From: Octopus vulgaris
Lineage: Eukaryota
Length of the DNA stretch: 64,000 bases
Reading direction: 5' to 3'
NCBI GenBank assembly: GCA_951406725.2
Contig: OX597815.1
Location: 15,376,001-15,440,000 of the forward strand
Shown: piece by piece, positions 11,963 to 25,428 of the stretch
How the letters are laid out: each line of letters opens with the position of its first letter
Numbering within the stretch: position 1 is the stretch's first letter
Program-made: the position numbers and the translations under genes
The notes under the pieces: generated by a model
The model's database searches: none
What the model was told of the DNA's origin: nothing
Seen by the model: the letters and a program-made list of their open reading frames with translations, nothing else

Positions 11963-13321
11963 AAACTAACCATACTTAGCCCTTTAGTATTCAGGTTATT
12001 CTACCAAATGTAAAGCTCATTTATATACACTGTTTCAAATTAGTTATCCTATAGCTGTAAGTTTTCCATGATGCAACTCTAACTTTAGGAATGATATAGT
12101 GGGATAGGCATAAGGGGCTAGATTTGGCTGGCTTAACCCTTCCGTTACCAACCCGGCTGAACAAAGTAGGGTGTTGGATTGAAGAGGTTGTAAGAACGTT
12201 GGACTGATTACCTTGCTGTATTCGTTCCAACTCCTTGAATTCTGTGTTCAAATTCCACCACAGACTACCACTTCGATGGTTGACTAAATTTAACATCACC
12301 TCTGGTGCTTTTGGTGGAATCATCTCTGCTGCAAACCTTTGGGTCTCTGGTTTCAGGAGAGCATCATGGGTAGAGCTTTCTCTTCTGTTTATTTTTTATC
12401 TTTAAATAGAAAAATCAGTAAAAGACAGGAACACTAAAGCAGTAGACCTAATTTCCTATTGTAATTTGATTTTTTTTCTCAATTTTCTGGGTTTGTATGA
12501 GATCTTGTTTTACCATACGCCTCACCAGCAGAGCATCAGATAAATACCTTTGTGCATTAATCTTTCAAGGGATTGATAAAATAAGCACCAGTTAAGTACA
12601 GGGTCGCAGTAAGCAACTCTATACCCTTTCTGGCCTTGTGACACTTGAGAGACTGATCCTTTTTTTTATCTTCCAGTTTTTCACACCATACAATAGTGTA
12701 GAGATAAAGTCTAAATACAATTGTGTGCTTTTGTAATATCAAACACTATATCCATATTGTATCTGCTGTGGAGTTATCTGCTGATTTTTAATTTCTCTAT
12801 GCCCCTGCTCTAAGGATCAATTTATGTACTTTTGTGTGCAAATATTTTTGCAAACCCACATAAACTGTGTTATGAAGATTGCCAACCCATGCCATCGAGA
12901 AAAATGAACATTAATTAATGAGGATATGAGTGTGCACATGCACACACACTCAAACACAACCACTATATATACATATATTGTATGTGTCTTTGTGGTCATT
13001 CAGTGTTTCTCTTGTCACAATGGATTAAAAATAGTTTTCAATTTGCATGTATTATAAACATTTCACATTACTAATACAAGTAAATTCAGGCAATATCCTT
13101 GATGAAACCCGTCACCACAATGCTCTTTGTTGAAAAAAACTACTTCATGAAAATTTTGGGAACGGTATGCATCTCATGATTATCTCTGAAATATAGAACT
13201 TTTGAGCCAAGGGCAAAAAAAAAAAGAGCACCTTATTTTCATTTATGATGTTTGCACAATTTAGATTCATCAATTTCTCTTTTCAAATCCTACTGGATTC
13301 AAATTTATTTTATATCAATCA

Positions 13322-13688
13322 CTAGCACTATGACCTGGCAACGCCGGGTCATAGTACTAGTGCATGCATATACAGCTGCGTACGTGCGCACATACATGCG
13401 AGTACTGTCCAAATCTCCGACCAATCACATACAGCTAGCTGGCATTCAATTGGTGTATCAAGTTTCGGGCATTTTGATTGGGTTTTGGATAGAAAATTCA
13501 CAAAAAAGTCACTTCTATTGATTTTTAATGGCTTTGCGGGGTGACTGGGGAAATGTAAAGATGTGCACGACCACCCTTGGACGGTTTTGAATGACCATAG
13601 AAAGTGCAAGCCCTCTAACTGAAAAATTGTGGATTTGTATAAAGGACACACACACAGACAGACATTTTGCCGTTTATATATAGAGAGA
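13322..13688 (-). mobile_element. Non-autonomous Helitron-like element
   Basis: On the - strand it starts A|TCTCTCTATATA and ends CTAG|T, with a ~40-nt terminal hairpin (13321-13361). Confidence 0.7.
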
Positions 13689-14655
13689 TTAGTAATCTAT
13701 TGCTTGGTTTAACACCAGTTTTTAATCCTAGCAGGGTCCACTCTATTGCAATCATTCAGACTGGGTCTTCAGTTTCAAAATAACTTCATTCCATCAATCC
13801 CAAAAGTCCCAAAAATTATTACGGGTGCTGCCTAACCCTGGATTATTAGACATGTGCCAAGAATTAGTTGATTATACACATTTGTGGCTTATTGCTTGCA
13901 TAAGGAATAATCATTTCCTTTCCTATGCAATTTTATTTCAAATTTCTTTCATACATACCACTAATTATATATGAACCAAATAAGTTGACTGTTTTTATAA
14001 AAATTGACCTTCTCCCCAACAAAGATCATTCAATCTCCTAGAAACAGTAAGCAAATACCTCTCAAATTACTGCCTACTGACTTGAAAAAACATTTGACCA
14101 TGTATTCCTTGTCCTCTCCCATCCCAAAATATATGGATCCAGGTTGAAGTACTTTTTATCAGAGGTTCCTTTGATCGGATCTGATCTGGGTTAAACAACA
14201 AATATTATTATTTCATTTTCCCTTGTGCTTTTTTTTTCTTTCTACAAAGCCTTATACACTATCCCAGCTGTCATTGATCAAATGAAAGAAAAGCCGGGTT
14301 CAGTTATCATGTGTCATTGGTGGAATTGAAGTGTCTCAAAGTGATTTGGGTGCAGTATAAACAGATTTAAAAATGCTGAATGAGTGTCATGAGAAAATTC
14401 AAAGAGAGGGGGAAATAACAAGAGACGCCTGTTCTCTTAAAACTTCATAAGCAAAGTGGCCACTAGCATAATTGATACAGTTTTCCAGGAAATTTGAAAT
14501 AAAACTACAATGAAAAATCATTCTCTAAATTACTAATCTTAATTAACTAAAAGTAGTTAAATAAGAGTAGAATGCAGTAAGGAATGAGTTTGATCTTTAG
14601 ATATATGATGATAAACTTTGGATATATTTCGGTCATACTTTGATCATATTAGTCC

Positions 14656-14885
14656 TTAACCCTTTATCATTTAAACCGGCCACATCCGGCCAAAAGTATT
14701 CTACTTGTTTTATGTTCAAACTGGCTAGATCTGGTCTCTCACACCAACCCTACAATATCATCTTAAAATTTAACAGCTACCTCATTAAAATCTCATAGCT
14801 ACAAGATTAATGAATGATTAGTTCAAAACAATGTGGATAAAAAAAGATTAATTTTGGCAGAATAATGTGAACACTAAAGGGTTAA
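14656..14885. mobile_element. piggyBac-type MITE family 2
   Basis: TTAA-CCCTTTA...TAAAGGG-TTAA; interior differs from family 1. Confidence 0.8.
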
Positions 14886-14976
14886 CAGAGAATCAATAAT
14901 GAAACCATTTACTACAAGATTTCAGATTGACTAGAGAAAACTATCCAAGGATACCTAGATGTATGAAAACTAATTA

Positions 14977-15413
14977 TTAACCCTTTCGATACCAACCTGC
15001 CTGAAACCAGCTCTGACTCTGAGTACAAATGTCTTGGTTTCATAAGTTTTGAATTAATATCTTCCACCGAACCTTAGTCATAATTTATGTGCCTAACACT
15101 AGCTGAATGATAACTAAGTTATTTTGCTAAATTCCACGTTAACGCGCTGGGCGAAATGCTTAGCGGTATTTCATCTGTCGTTACGTTCTAAGTTCAAATT
15201 CCGCCAAGGTCGACTTTGCCTTTCATCCTTTCGGGGTCGGTAAATAAAGTACCAGTTTCGCACTGGAGTCGATGCAATCGAATTAATCCCTTTGTCTGTT
15301 CTCGTTTGTTCCATCTGTGTTTAGCCCCTTGTGGGCAATAAAGAAATATATATTTAAAGTAATTGAAAGAACCACAGAGCATCTCAAAATAAATACAGTA
15401 ACGAAAGGGTTAA
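14977..15413. mobile_element. piggyBac-type MITE family 1 with a nested SINE A (~15140-15347)
   Basis: TTAA/CCCTTTC termini intact; the MITE sequence resumes after the SINE. Confidence 0.85.
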
Positions 15414-15986
15414 TGCTTGGGCAAATCGAAAATTGTCGTGAGTAATTACTTTACTAATAAAGTGCATGTGTGTAACCGCAGCACTTCCCAGAAGTAGGCA
15501 CAGCATTCTATACCACCCGAGCTCTGTTGAGGGATCAGAAGTTGTTTGAAAGCTGAAGTATTTGATGGTCCTGAAGAAGAAAGTCCCTATTTGTGAAGTA
15601 GCTGTTGCTGTGCTGAGGATGTACATTCACAAAGAGAGATCTGAGACCTTGGGTGGCTGTTAGGCTCAACATCTGTAGCCACCAGGTGATTCTGGTTGTG
15701 TGTTCTTATATTCATTGCTTTCTTCATACGTGTGATGATTGAGTGAAGTCTGGCATGGAATTCAGTATTCATTTCTAAAAGTTAGGATTTTAGAGACAGT
15801 AGCAACGTATATGGTTAAATCTCTTGCTTATAAAATTCTTCAAATGCTTTACAAAGCACCAACATCAAAAAGGTTAGGTGTACATAATGAAATGAGGTAA
15901 TCTTATTTTGGGATGTGTATGTGTGTTTGTGTTTATACCTGCACGTGCATTTGTTAATCATATTAACTCGCATTGTTGAATTACTA

Positions 15987-16270
15987 TCATCATCATCACC
16001 GTTTAACGTCCGCTTTCCATGCTTGCATGGGTTGGACGATTTGACTGAGGTCTGGCGAACCTGACTCCTATCTTGATCTGGCAGAGTTTCTACAGCTGGA
16101 TGCCCTTCCTAATGCCAACCACCTCCGAGAGTGTAGTGGGTGCTTTTACGTGCTGCCGGCACTAGGGCCAGTTAGGTGATTCTGGCAACGGCCATGCTCA
16201 AATTGTGCTTTTTATGTGCCACCTGCACAGGAGCCAGTCCAGCGGCACTGGCAACGATCTCGCTCAAATG
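15987..16270 (-). mobile_element. RTE-LINE 3' tail repeat (family C)
   Basis: Family match. Confidence 0.8.
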
Positions 16271-16445
16271 TATTTTCTATGTATTTTTTAAATTTTTGAT
16301 ATAGTTCATCAAACATGATACAACACAGGCTTATGCGTAGGTGTGTGTGTGTGTGTGTGCATGCGTGCGTGCATGTGTGTGTGTGCCTGTATATGTATGT
16401 ATATTCAACCAATGATAATATTGAGTGTGCCTTTTTTCTGACTTG

Positions 16446-16606
16446 AGTGGCTGTGTGGTAAGATGCTTGCTTACGAACCACATAGTTCCGTGTTCAGTCC
16501 CACTGCGTGGCACCTTGGGCAAGTGTCTTCTACTGTAGCCTCAGGCCGACCAGAGCCTTGTGAGTGGATTTGGTAGACGGAAACTGAAAGAAGCCCGTCG
16601 TATATG

Positions 16607-16643
<37 letters not shown>

Positions 16644-16850
16644 ATTTGTCCCCCCAACATCGCTTGACAACTGATGCTGGTGTATTTATGTCCCTGTAAC
16701 TTAACGGTTCGGCAAAAGTGACGGATAGAATAAGTACTAGGCTTCCAAAGAATAAGTCCTGGGGGCGATTTGCTCGACTAAAGGCGGTGCTCCAGCATGG
16801 CCACAGTTGAATGACTGAAACTAGTAAAAGAGAAAAGCGAGTAAGAGTAA
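16446..16850 (+). mobile_element. CORE-type SINE family B
   Basis: Near full-length family match. Confidence 0.85.
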
Positions 16851-16872
16851 CCAACAGATAATATATACATAC

Positions 16873-16922
<50 letters not shown>

Positions 16923-17225
16923 TGTGTGTGTGTGTGTGTGCGTGCGCGTGCGTGTGCGCGCACTGTCTCCGACTGTACATATGTGTTAGTGATAAGTAGA
17001 ATGATAGCAAATGTGTATTATGAGAAAGAGTGAGGAGAGAAGGAAAAAGAAAGAGAGAGAGAAGGGGCGAATGTGAATGAGAAATGTGATAGAACCATCT
17101 ATTGAAAAAGAGGCAGATTTTCCAACTGTATTAAGGTAATTTCTAAAAAGAAGTTCAAACCAAAGTTTATTCATAGCAAATGTAACAAGTGCTGTCTAGT
17201 ACCATTTGGTATGGAAATAGAGCAG

Positions 17226-17648
17226 GGATCTTTTCGGTTTGAACGGCAGTTTTTAAAAATAATTTCTACGTAACTAAACATTTTAAAACTTCGTATACTG
17301 GTAGAATGTGTTTATAAAACATCTTTTTCTCTTGGCTTTATTGAGAAAATTCTATATTTTGTAAGATATTTGTTGTTTTTTTCTTCAATTTCTGCAATTT
17401 CAACCAATCAATGACGTCTATTGAGGTAAAAAAAACATTCTGTGCCGTATGAATATGTCCCTCGTTTAAGAAACAGATTGGGTTTATTTACATTTGTAAA
17501 GAAAAAAGATACCCTTCCCCCACCCCTAACCCTAACCCTAACTCTAAAACAGATTGAAATGCAATAGATCGATACTAGGGTCATAATTATGGGTGACAAT
17601 TTCATATGACACCGCTTGAAAAAACTGCCGTTCAAACTGAAAAGATCC
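17226..17648. mobile_element. Merlin-type MITE, opposite orientation to 1398 and 10605
   Basis: Same TIRs; degenerate TSD tagagcag/tataacag; internal (CCCTAA)n. Confidence 0.85.
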
Positions 17649-18409
17649 TATAACAGAAGTAGGTTTTTGGAGTTAGCCCACAATTTATTACGGCCACCAC
17701 GAAGTATTGTTGAGAATGAATGTGGAAACGACACCGCAAAGGCAGTGTTGCACTTACAGTTATTATATTACAAACAATTAGTAATTGCTTTGACTACAAC
17801 AACGTCCTATCTACCCGACAAATCTCGGTTCGATTTCTCAGAGAGATTTCTATTTGTGAGCATTTACCAGTGTGTGAACATTTATCGACATATACTTACG
17901 TATATACATACAGATCTATATTACACTTATCTCCGTACAATGATTTATAATCGTATACAATCAATCGTCTTCAAACATTCAGCTATATTAATTCTAGTAC
18001 TGGCTGGCTGGTATCTATTTCATCGACTCCGGAAAGCTGCAAAAAACAAAGTCAACTGCATTATAATACAAAAGGAGACAGGCACTCGGCTGAATCTGTT
18101 CTGCCCATTCCCATCCACAAAAATGATGAGCAAACGGAGGCGCCTCTATGCGATTGCTTACCCTACAAGAAACACTAGGCATATCTATCTTAAATCACAC
18201 ATCTGCTGAGCAATAACAGGAAAAAACACGTAGAAAACTGGAGTGCCCTCTATACAAAAAAAAAACTGGTTCTGCTCGCAACCGGAACTTCTTTGTCCGT
18301 AACCTTTCTAGGTCAAGGCATGTATATACAGATATGTATATACAGTAACAGAAAGAGAGATAGTGGGGAGTGACAAACAGACAGGCGGAAATAAATAAAT
18401 AAATAAATA

Positions 18410-18445
<36 letters not shown>

Positions 18446-18499
18446 AGGTAAGAAAGAAAGAGATATAGAGGATAAAGTAGAGGAGAGAAAGATTAAGAT

Positions 18500-18925
18500 A
18501 TATGATTGAAAGTGTGAGTGTCATCCACTTCTATTTGGACATATATATATGAGAAATATTGTGTATTTTCCCTTTCTCCATGATACGAAGTGTCCACTGC
18601 AAGTACTGTTTCTGACAGAGGGGTCTTTAATCTGTTGTTTGTGTACACGAACTCTGTTATGTAGTCCTGTTCCGGTTTCGCCAATATAGTACTCTTTACA
18701 GTGTGGGCAAATTGCACAGTAAATTAAGCTTTTCGCCTTGCAATCCATGTATGCATTGACCTTGAAAATCTCATTGTTTTTAAAGTGGATTTGTTCACCC
18801 TGTACAATGTATTCACAGGTTCTGCATCAAGGATGCCCGCATTTTTTAACATTCATTGTTTCAATGTTAAATGTAAATTTCGCCTTGGTGAGTAGTTTTT
18901 TATTTAAAGTTTGGTATTTGGCGTC
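18500..18925 (-). mobile_element. Penelope-like retroelement fragment (GIY-YIG endonuclease)
   Basis: Translation LIYCAICPHCKEYYIGETGTGLHNRVRVHKQQI, preceded by a Cys-rich linker. Contains stops and frameshifts. Confidence 0.85.
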
Positions 18926-18929
18926 TGCT

Positions 18930-19024
<95 letters not shown>

Positions 19025-19206
19025 AACTCCAAGAAAGTTTGAGGTTGTGAATCCAACCCACTAAGGGATAATATCTATCCAATATACTGTTGGTAGAATA
19101 CCCAATTATTAATACACAAGTGTTTTTTATTGCATTGCAATTTCGTTACCTATTGTACTAAATGGGTGGGTGAAGGTAAAGAGATATTTTATCATTAATT
19201 TATATT

Positions 19207-19605
19207 GCAATAAGAAAATGGAGGGTATCAATAGGTGGTTCATCAACTTTTAGACATTAAAAATGTTAACTTATTTATTTATTTACTAAACTGATAATTA
19301 CAAGAATATACATACATGTATAACATATTCTTTACATATAAGATATAAAATATAGTAATATATAAGGATACCAGTAATTATTATAAAAAAACATGTTTTC
19401 CCAATTTATATTCACGTTTTTTATAATAATTACTGGTATCCTTATATATTACTATATTTTATATCTTGTATCTTATATATAAAGCATAATATGTTATATG
19501 TATGTATATTCTTGTAATTGTCATTTTAGTAAATAAATAAGTTGACATAATATAATGTCTAAATGTTGATGAACCACCTATTGATCCCTTCCATTTTCTT
19601 ATTGC
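19207..19605. repeat. Fold-back (inverted repeat, ~190-bp arms) within (TA)n
   Basis: GCAATAAGAAAATGG...AAAAAACATG is mirrored by CACGTTTTTT...CCATTTTCTTATTGC. One-sided extension 19021-19206. Confidence 0.9.
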
Positions 19606-19613
19606 TATATATA

Positions 19614-19739
19614 CAGGGTGTCCCCAAAAATATATACACATAGTGGTTCGGCAAAAGAGAACGATAGAATAAGTACTAGGCTTACAAAGAATAACAAATT
19701 TACAATTATTTAAGGTGTGTATACATTTTTTGGGACACC

Positions 19740-19742
<3 letters not shown>
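19614..19742. mobile_element. Tc1/mariner-type MITE carrying a SINE B tail fragment
   Basis: TA-CAGGGTGTCCCCAAAAA...TTTTTTGGGACACCCTG-TA. Confidence 0.85.
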
Positions 19743-19784
<42 letters not shown>

Positions 19785-19815
19785 ATATATATAGGATATA
19801 AATTTATATATATCG

Positions 19816-19894
<79 letters not shown>

Positions 19895-19930
19895 TAAACG
19901 AAAAAAATAACACATTAAAAAATACCTTTA

Positions 19931-20219
19931 AAGGGCAGGGCAACGAAAAAATTCTAATGCCAAATATGCCGAAAATTGACATATTGTCCATTACCATATA
20001 ATTTTTCACAATACGCACGCTACTCGAAAAAAATCAGACAGAAATTTCTAAAAAATTCCATTATTACCATATCGGACCGATTTCAGGGTTAGTTCATGAG
20101 AACCCTCCCCTTGTCGCCTTTTTTTCGAGTAGCGTGCGTATTGTGAAAAATTATATGGTAATGGACAATATGTCCAATTTTCGGCATATTTGGCATTAGA
20201 AATTTTTTCGTCTGCCCTT
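19931..20219. repeat. Fold-back (~95-bp arms, ~85-bp spacer) within (TA)n
   Basis: ACGAAAAAATTCTAATGCCAAATATGCCG...CTCGAAAAAAA is mirrored at 20119-20219. Confidence 0.9.
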
Positions 20220-20229
20220 ATTTATAAGT

Positions 20230-20281
<52 letters not shown>

Positions 20282-20593
20282 ACCCAGCGAACTTCCACCA
20301 TGGGTCATCACAATTGCTTAAGGTAAAAATGAATTCCTCGCTCTTTCGGAAACATCAATCTTCTGTATTGACCGCTTTCCACCACTTTGATCTGTTTTTT
20401 GTATTGAATACGTATCGCCACCGTGGGCCACTGCATCGAACACTTTGAACATATACTTCAAACTATATATCAACTATACATGAACTATATATCAACTATA
20501 CATGAACTCTAAGATGTCTGACTCCGTTGTGTATTATAAATGAATTTCTTGTGTTTGACGGCATGAGCTGTCTCTTTTTATATATAACTTTTT

Positions 20594-20627
20594 TTGATAA
20601 GGTTCATTTCAGGAACTGAAACATGTT
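20594..20627 (+). ncRNA. Degenerate minimal hammerhead ribozyme motif
   Basis: TTGATAA-GGTTC-atttcag-GAACT-GAAAC-AT-GTT; two substitutions relative to the CUGANGA core. Confidence 0.4.
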
Positions 20628-20689
20628 ATAATGTATATATAAAAATTAAAAATTGTATAATACAGCAGCATTTTCGAACTTCATTTTTT

Positions 20690-20731
<42 letters not shown>

Positions 20732-21055
20732 CCATAGCCAACTAACCAACGTGACTGGTTAACTACTGTGTAATTGTATCATACCACACCTTACGGTATT
20801 CTGCTGTATCCAAGTTATCTGGAGCTTGTTCTGTAAGGGCATTTGCTGAGATAAAGCTGATCTTCTCAGCAACGCAGCAACTGTAATTGCAGGATAAACC
20901 AAAAGAAATACAGAAATAAAATAAAGAAACTTGTTAGTTTCTTTTATGTTGTTTCGTTTTATGCATAGTTCTGTTCCAATAAACTTGTCTGGCTATTTCT
21001 ATTGGCTTTGGAATCGGGAGGAGAATATAGCCTGCGAATAAGCACGTAGCACACA

Positions 21056-21098
<43 letters not shown>

Positions 21099-21309
21099 AT
21101 ACAAACATACATACACAGTCATACACACACGCACGTACATACATGCATACATACATGCATATATATAGGTTTAAGATCGACAGACAGACAGGCAGACAGG
21201 CAGGCAGACAGATAGAAAGACAGACAGACAGACAGACAGACGGACAGACAGACTGACTGACAGACAGACAGTCAGACAGACAGACAGACAGACAGACAGA
21301 TAGACAGAC

Positions 21310-21389
<80 letters not shown>

Positions 21390-21391
<2 letters not shown>

Positions 21392-22100
21392 GTTTCTTTA
21401 TTGGCCACACAGGGCTGCACACAGATGGGACAAGTTACAAGGTAGAGCTTTTCTTTTGGGGGATGAAAAAGACAAAAAGGGTGGCGTAGGTTTTCGATCA
21501 AAAGGGATCGTAAAAGGGGAAAAAAGAACAAAAAAAAGGAAAAGAAAAAAAGAAAAAAGGAAAAGGAACAAAGGAAAAGAAAAAGGAAAAAGAAGAAAAA
21601 AGAGGAAAAGAAGGGGAAGAGGAAAAGAAAACGATCAATAGGGATCGTGTATCACAGTGTCATGATGTATGGTGTAAAGGGGAAAGCAAGTAAGGTTTAT
21701 CCGTGGGAAGAAAAGCCTACGAAAAAGACCACGGTAACCTTGGTCAATATTGTTATATGTTACTACATTTGTTTGCAAGTGGGTAACCCTCTGTTTTCAA
21801 TTTCTGGGTTCATAGGATTATGCTCAAGGTGGCTTCGTCATTCATACGTGCCATCCTTGCTACATTCACCCATCTTTTTTGAAACGTTCGCTAGACAAAA
21901 CTTGCCTCTCTACTCTCACTTTCTTTTTCAAGTGGTACTTGAAGAAGTTGATGAGAGGTTGACCAGAGAGGAAAGTGTTTGTCTCAATCCTTTCAGACGC
22001 GTCCACCAGATACATTCTTTCGCCATAGCCACAAAGATGATGAAAATAGCTCTTCCTTCCCGTTTGAAGGAAGGAGGCGTGACTCAGCTGATAAATCGCT
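21390..22100 (-). mobile_element. L1/Tx1-like LINE 3' fragment inside a (GATA)n array
   Basis: Minus-strand translation includes AMAKECIWWTRLKG. Both flanks are (GATA)n. Confidence 0.5.
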
Positions 22101-22174
<74 letters not shown>

Positions 22175-22944
22175 CAGATTTAAAAAGAGTGGTAGATAGA
22201 GTAAAGTCGAATGACTGTAGGGAGTGGAGTCACCAACATTTCGGACAGAGGCCTTATTCAGAATTGAAATGATTGGGAGATTAAAGGCAGCAGTGTTTTG
22301 TTTCCTCTACTTTTGAATGATTGGCTGCAACTGATGGGATACCCAAAACAGTGTGAATGTGCTTACGTTGGCTGGGAGTGATAGTTGAAAGGAAAGACGT
22401 GTGATAGGGAAAAAGGAAAGGGAAATAAAAAGTGGGACAGAAGATAACAAATGTGAGGTGAAGGGAAAATTTAAGGTTAGGGGGTTGCTGAAGGATAAAA
22501 TCGGGATTACAATATTAGGAGGGGATAAATGAGTAGAAGGAAAATGCATTCAAATGCACTCGTCGGTGCCATGGCTCCGAGTTTGAATAGGAAATATTGT
22601 TAATTCCGTTTACTTGAGCGTGCAGATCCATGATATGCGGAGATGCTGCACACCGATGTGTAATGGAAATGGTTCGTTGTGCTAAGTTAGATGGCAACGA
22701 GTTGTCCTGGAATACATAGCAGTGTACAGAGAATGAGTCTGCGGAAGCAATCAGCAAGACGACTGCTCGTTTCATCAATCCAGAGTGCACCGAAATATTT
22801 TCAGTTGGTGCACAATATGATGTTCGAAGATGCGTATCAGAGATTTGGGACGATGAGATACAGTGGCTTAGAAACGGTTGATGGTTGTAGTATTGTTGAT
22901 ACTGGGACAAGTTTAATTTAATTTAATTTGATTTAATTTAATTT

Positions 22945-23455
22945 TTATTGGCTCAAAAAGCAGAAGCAAGGCCATGTAGGGGGACAGGGAGTTATGTACA
23001 GGGAGGATGGTCATACAAAGAGTTCAGGCCATTTGTGGTCAAGAGAGACTTTGAACCGAGCGGTCGTTGGCATCTTCACTATCTCGTCCGGCAGCTTATT
23101 CCACGGATCCGCAACCCGGACGGAGAAAGCCCCTCTCCTTCGATTGAGATTAAATCGTCGTAGATAGAGCTTTTCGGAATGACCCCGCAGCCGACTCTCT
23201 GGAGCAGAAGTGAAGAACAGCTCTTTCGAGAGGTTACACTTTCCGCTTATGATGTTGTGAGCGAGAATGAGATCACCACGGCGGCGGCGTTTTTCTAGAG
23301 AATAAAGGTCGAGCGTTTTCAGCCTTTCTTCATAAGACAAATGCTTGAGATCAAGAACCATGCGGGTAGCCAGCTTCTGGACTCTTTCGAGATGATGTAT
23401 GTCTTTGAGGAGATAAAGAGAAGAGGCTTGAATCCCGTACTCCAATATGGTCTCA
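22945..23455 (-). mobile_element. CR1-clade LINE 3' fragment
   Basis: LERVQKLATRMV...LSYEERLKTLDLYSLEKRRRRGDLI...FSVRVADPWNKLP, with a (TAAAT)n-type tail. The flanks (22200-22900, 23460-24000) look like older decayed LINE sequence. Confidence 0.88.
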
Positions 23456-24779
23456 TAAGTGTTGAAGTGTTGCATCGTCGGCGAACGCATTTACAAGTAT
23501 CTTGCTGTGTATAGCTGGGTACGAGCGAGCTTCTTACTCGTGGGTTACCGTGGTTCCTTTCTTGTTTTGTGGGTGAAGAGAGTAAGGGCGGAAAATAGCA
23601 GAATGGCTGAGGGATCAGAAATTAGAATTTGGATGTTAAAGATGAGTGTGTTTCTATGGGAGGGTGGACGAGAGTTGAAAAAAGAGGGAGAGTAGAATTC
23701 GGCTAAAAGGTTATTGGAAATGGTAGAAGAGCAGTGATGTAGTCGATGGCTTGGTCACAGCGGAGTGCAGAGTTCACAAACGGTTGAGGATACCCTCAGG
23801 AAGAATTGTCACATTCTATCACATTGTTTCGAAATCTGAATCGATGCTGGAAAGCAGCGAAGCCAAGGGAATTGAGAGAATGGTACGGCAGATTTGGTAT
23901 GGGTGGGACGAGTGAAAGAATAGTTTAGATAGAATTGGGTGTTAGAAGGCTTGTAAGGGACAAAATTGGACAGGCAGATATTACCCTTTTCCCCCCACAT
24001 ATTTATACTCTCTGTTTTCCCACACTTTCAGTCATCCTGTCTATTCACACACCAGATCATAATGGCTTTGAAAAGGAAGGAAACTCTTTAATCTCGCAGG
24101 AGACAAAGAAACTGTTCTATTGTTAGTGCCATGATAAAATAAACCTCGTGTACTCTGCAAAGTGGTTGACGCTTAAACAGACACAACATAGGGTACAGCG
24201 GACTCTTTAGGTGCACCAACAGCATGGCAACCCTTCTAGTTTTACTGAGTACCTTGATAAGATGTATCAAGCAAAACTCTGTAAGAATGTTTTCCATACT
24301 CAAATTTTTGACGAATACTATGCTAGCGTGAATTATGATTTGTTGATAGCGTTTTTGAAGGTCCGCCATTGATGGCAAGTTAAAATTGTCCGTTTGCTTA
24401 AGCAATCACCAGCGAAACTTTACTCTCATAAAGAGAACAAAATTTATTACGTATAAAAGTTGATTCTGACTTCAACTTAACTGTTCTCGAACGCAAGCAA
24501 ACGTGCGTCTAAAAAAATATCTATCGATAATTTTGTAGGTAAAGGATAATAAGCGAGATGAAGAACTATAGAATACTGAATCAAACAAGTAACCAAACAC
24601 CCAATCAAAAGAACATTTAGTTTAGTCGGCTGGCAGAGCGCATGAAAAGCTGGGCAGAAGCCAAAATTGCAAGAAGTAGTTGGTAAGCAGCATAGCAATA
24701 GCCGCAATGTGTTTCCAGATTTAGACGGCTCAAAGCTATGTATACATGTATGCAACAGAAAACGAACTGAGGAAAGTAC

Positions 24780-25205
<426 letters not shown>

Positions 25206-25428
25206 GTGTGAGGGGGGGTACGTGCACGTGAAAATATCTATGTATGTGTTTGAGAGTTCGCCAATATTATCAAATAGGAAAAAAGCCATGAAGTTTCGAT
25301 CATGCGATGGGGGATAGCTTCCTGTGTGGGGGGGGGGGGGGGGCGCAGTATAAAAGGATTTTGCATAGATTTTGCGTAGAAATGTTGTTCTTGCTGTTGC
25401 TGTTAACGTTAATGTTATTGTTGTTGCT

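Noticed and set aside
17616-18209. 197-aa ORF
   Set aside because: Starts in a MITE TIR at a non-ATG codon, with no recognisable domain or splice structure.
24088-24405. 105-aa minus-strand ORF as a transposase fragment
   Set aside because: No diagnostic motif recognisable.
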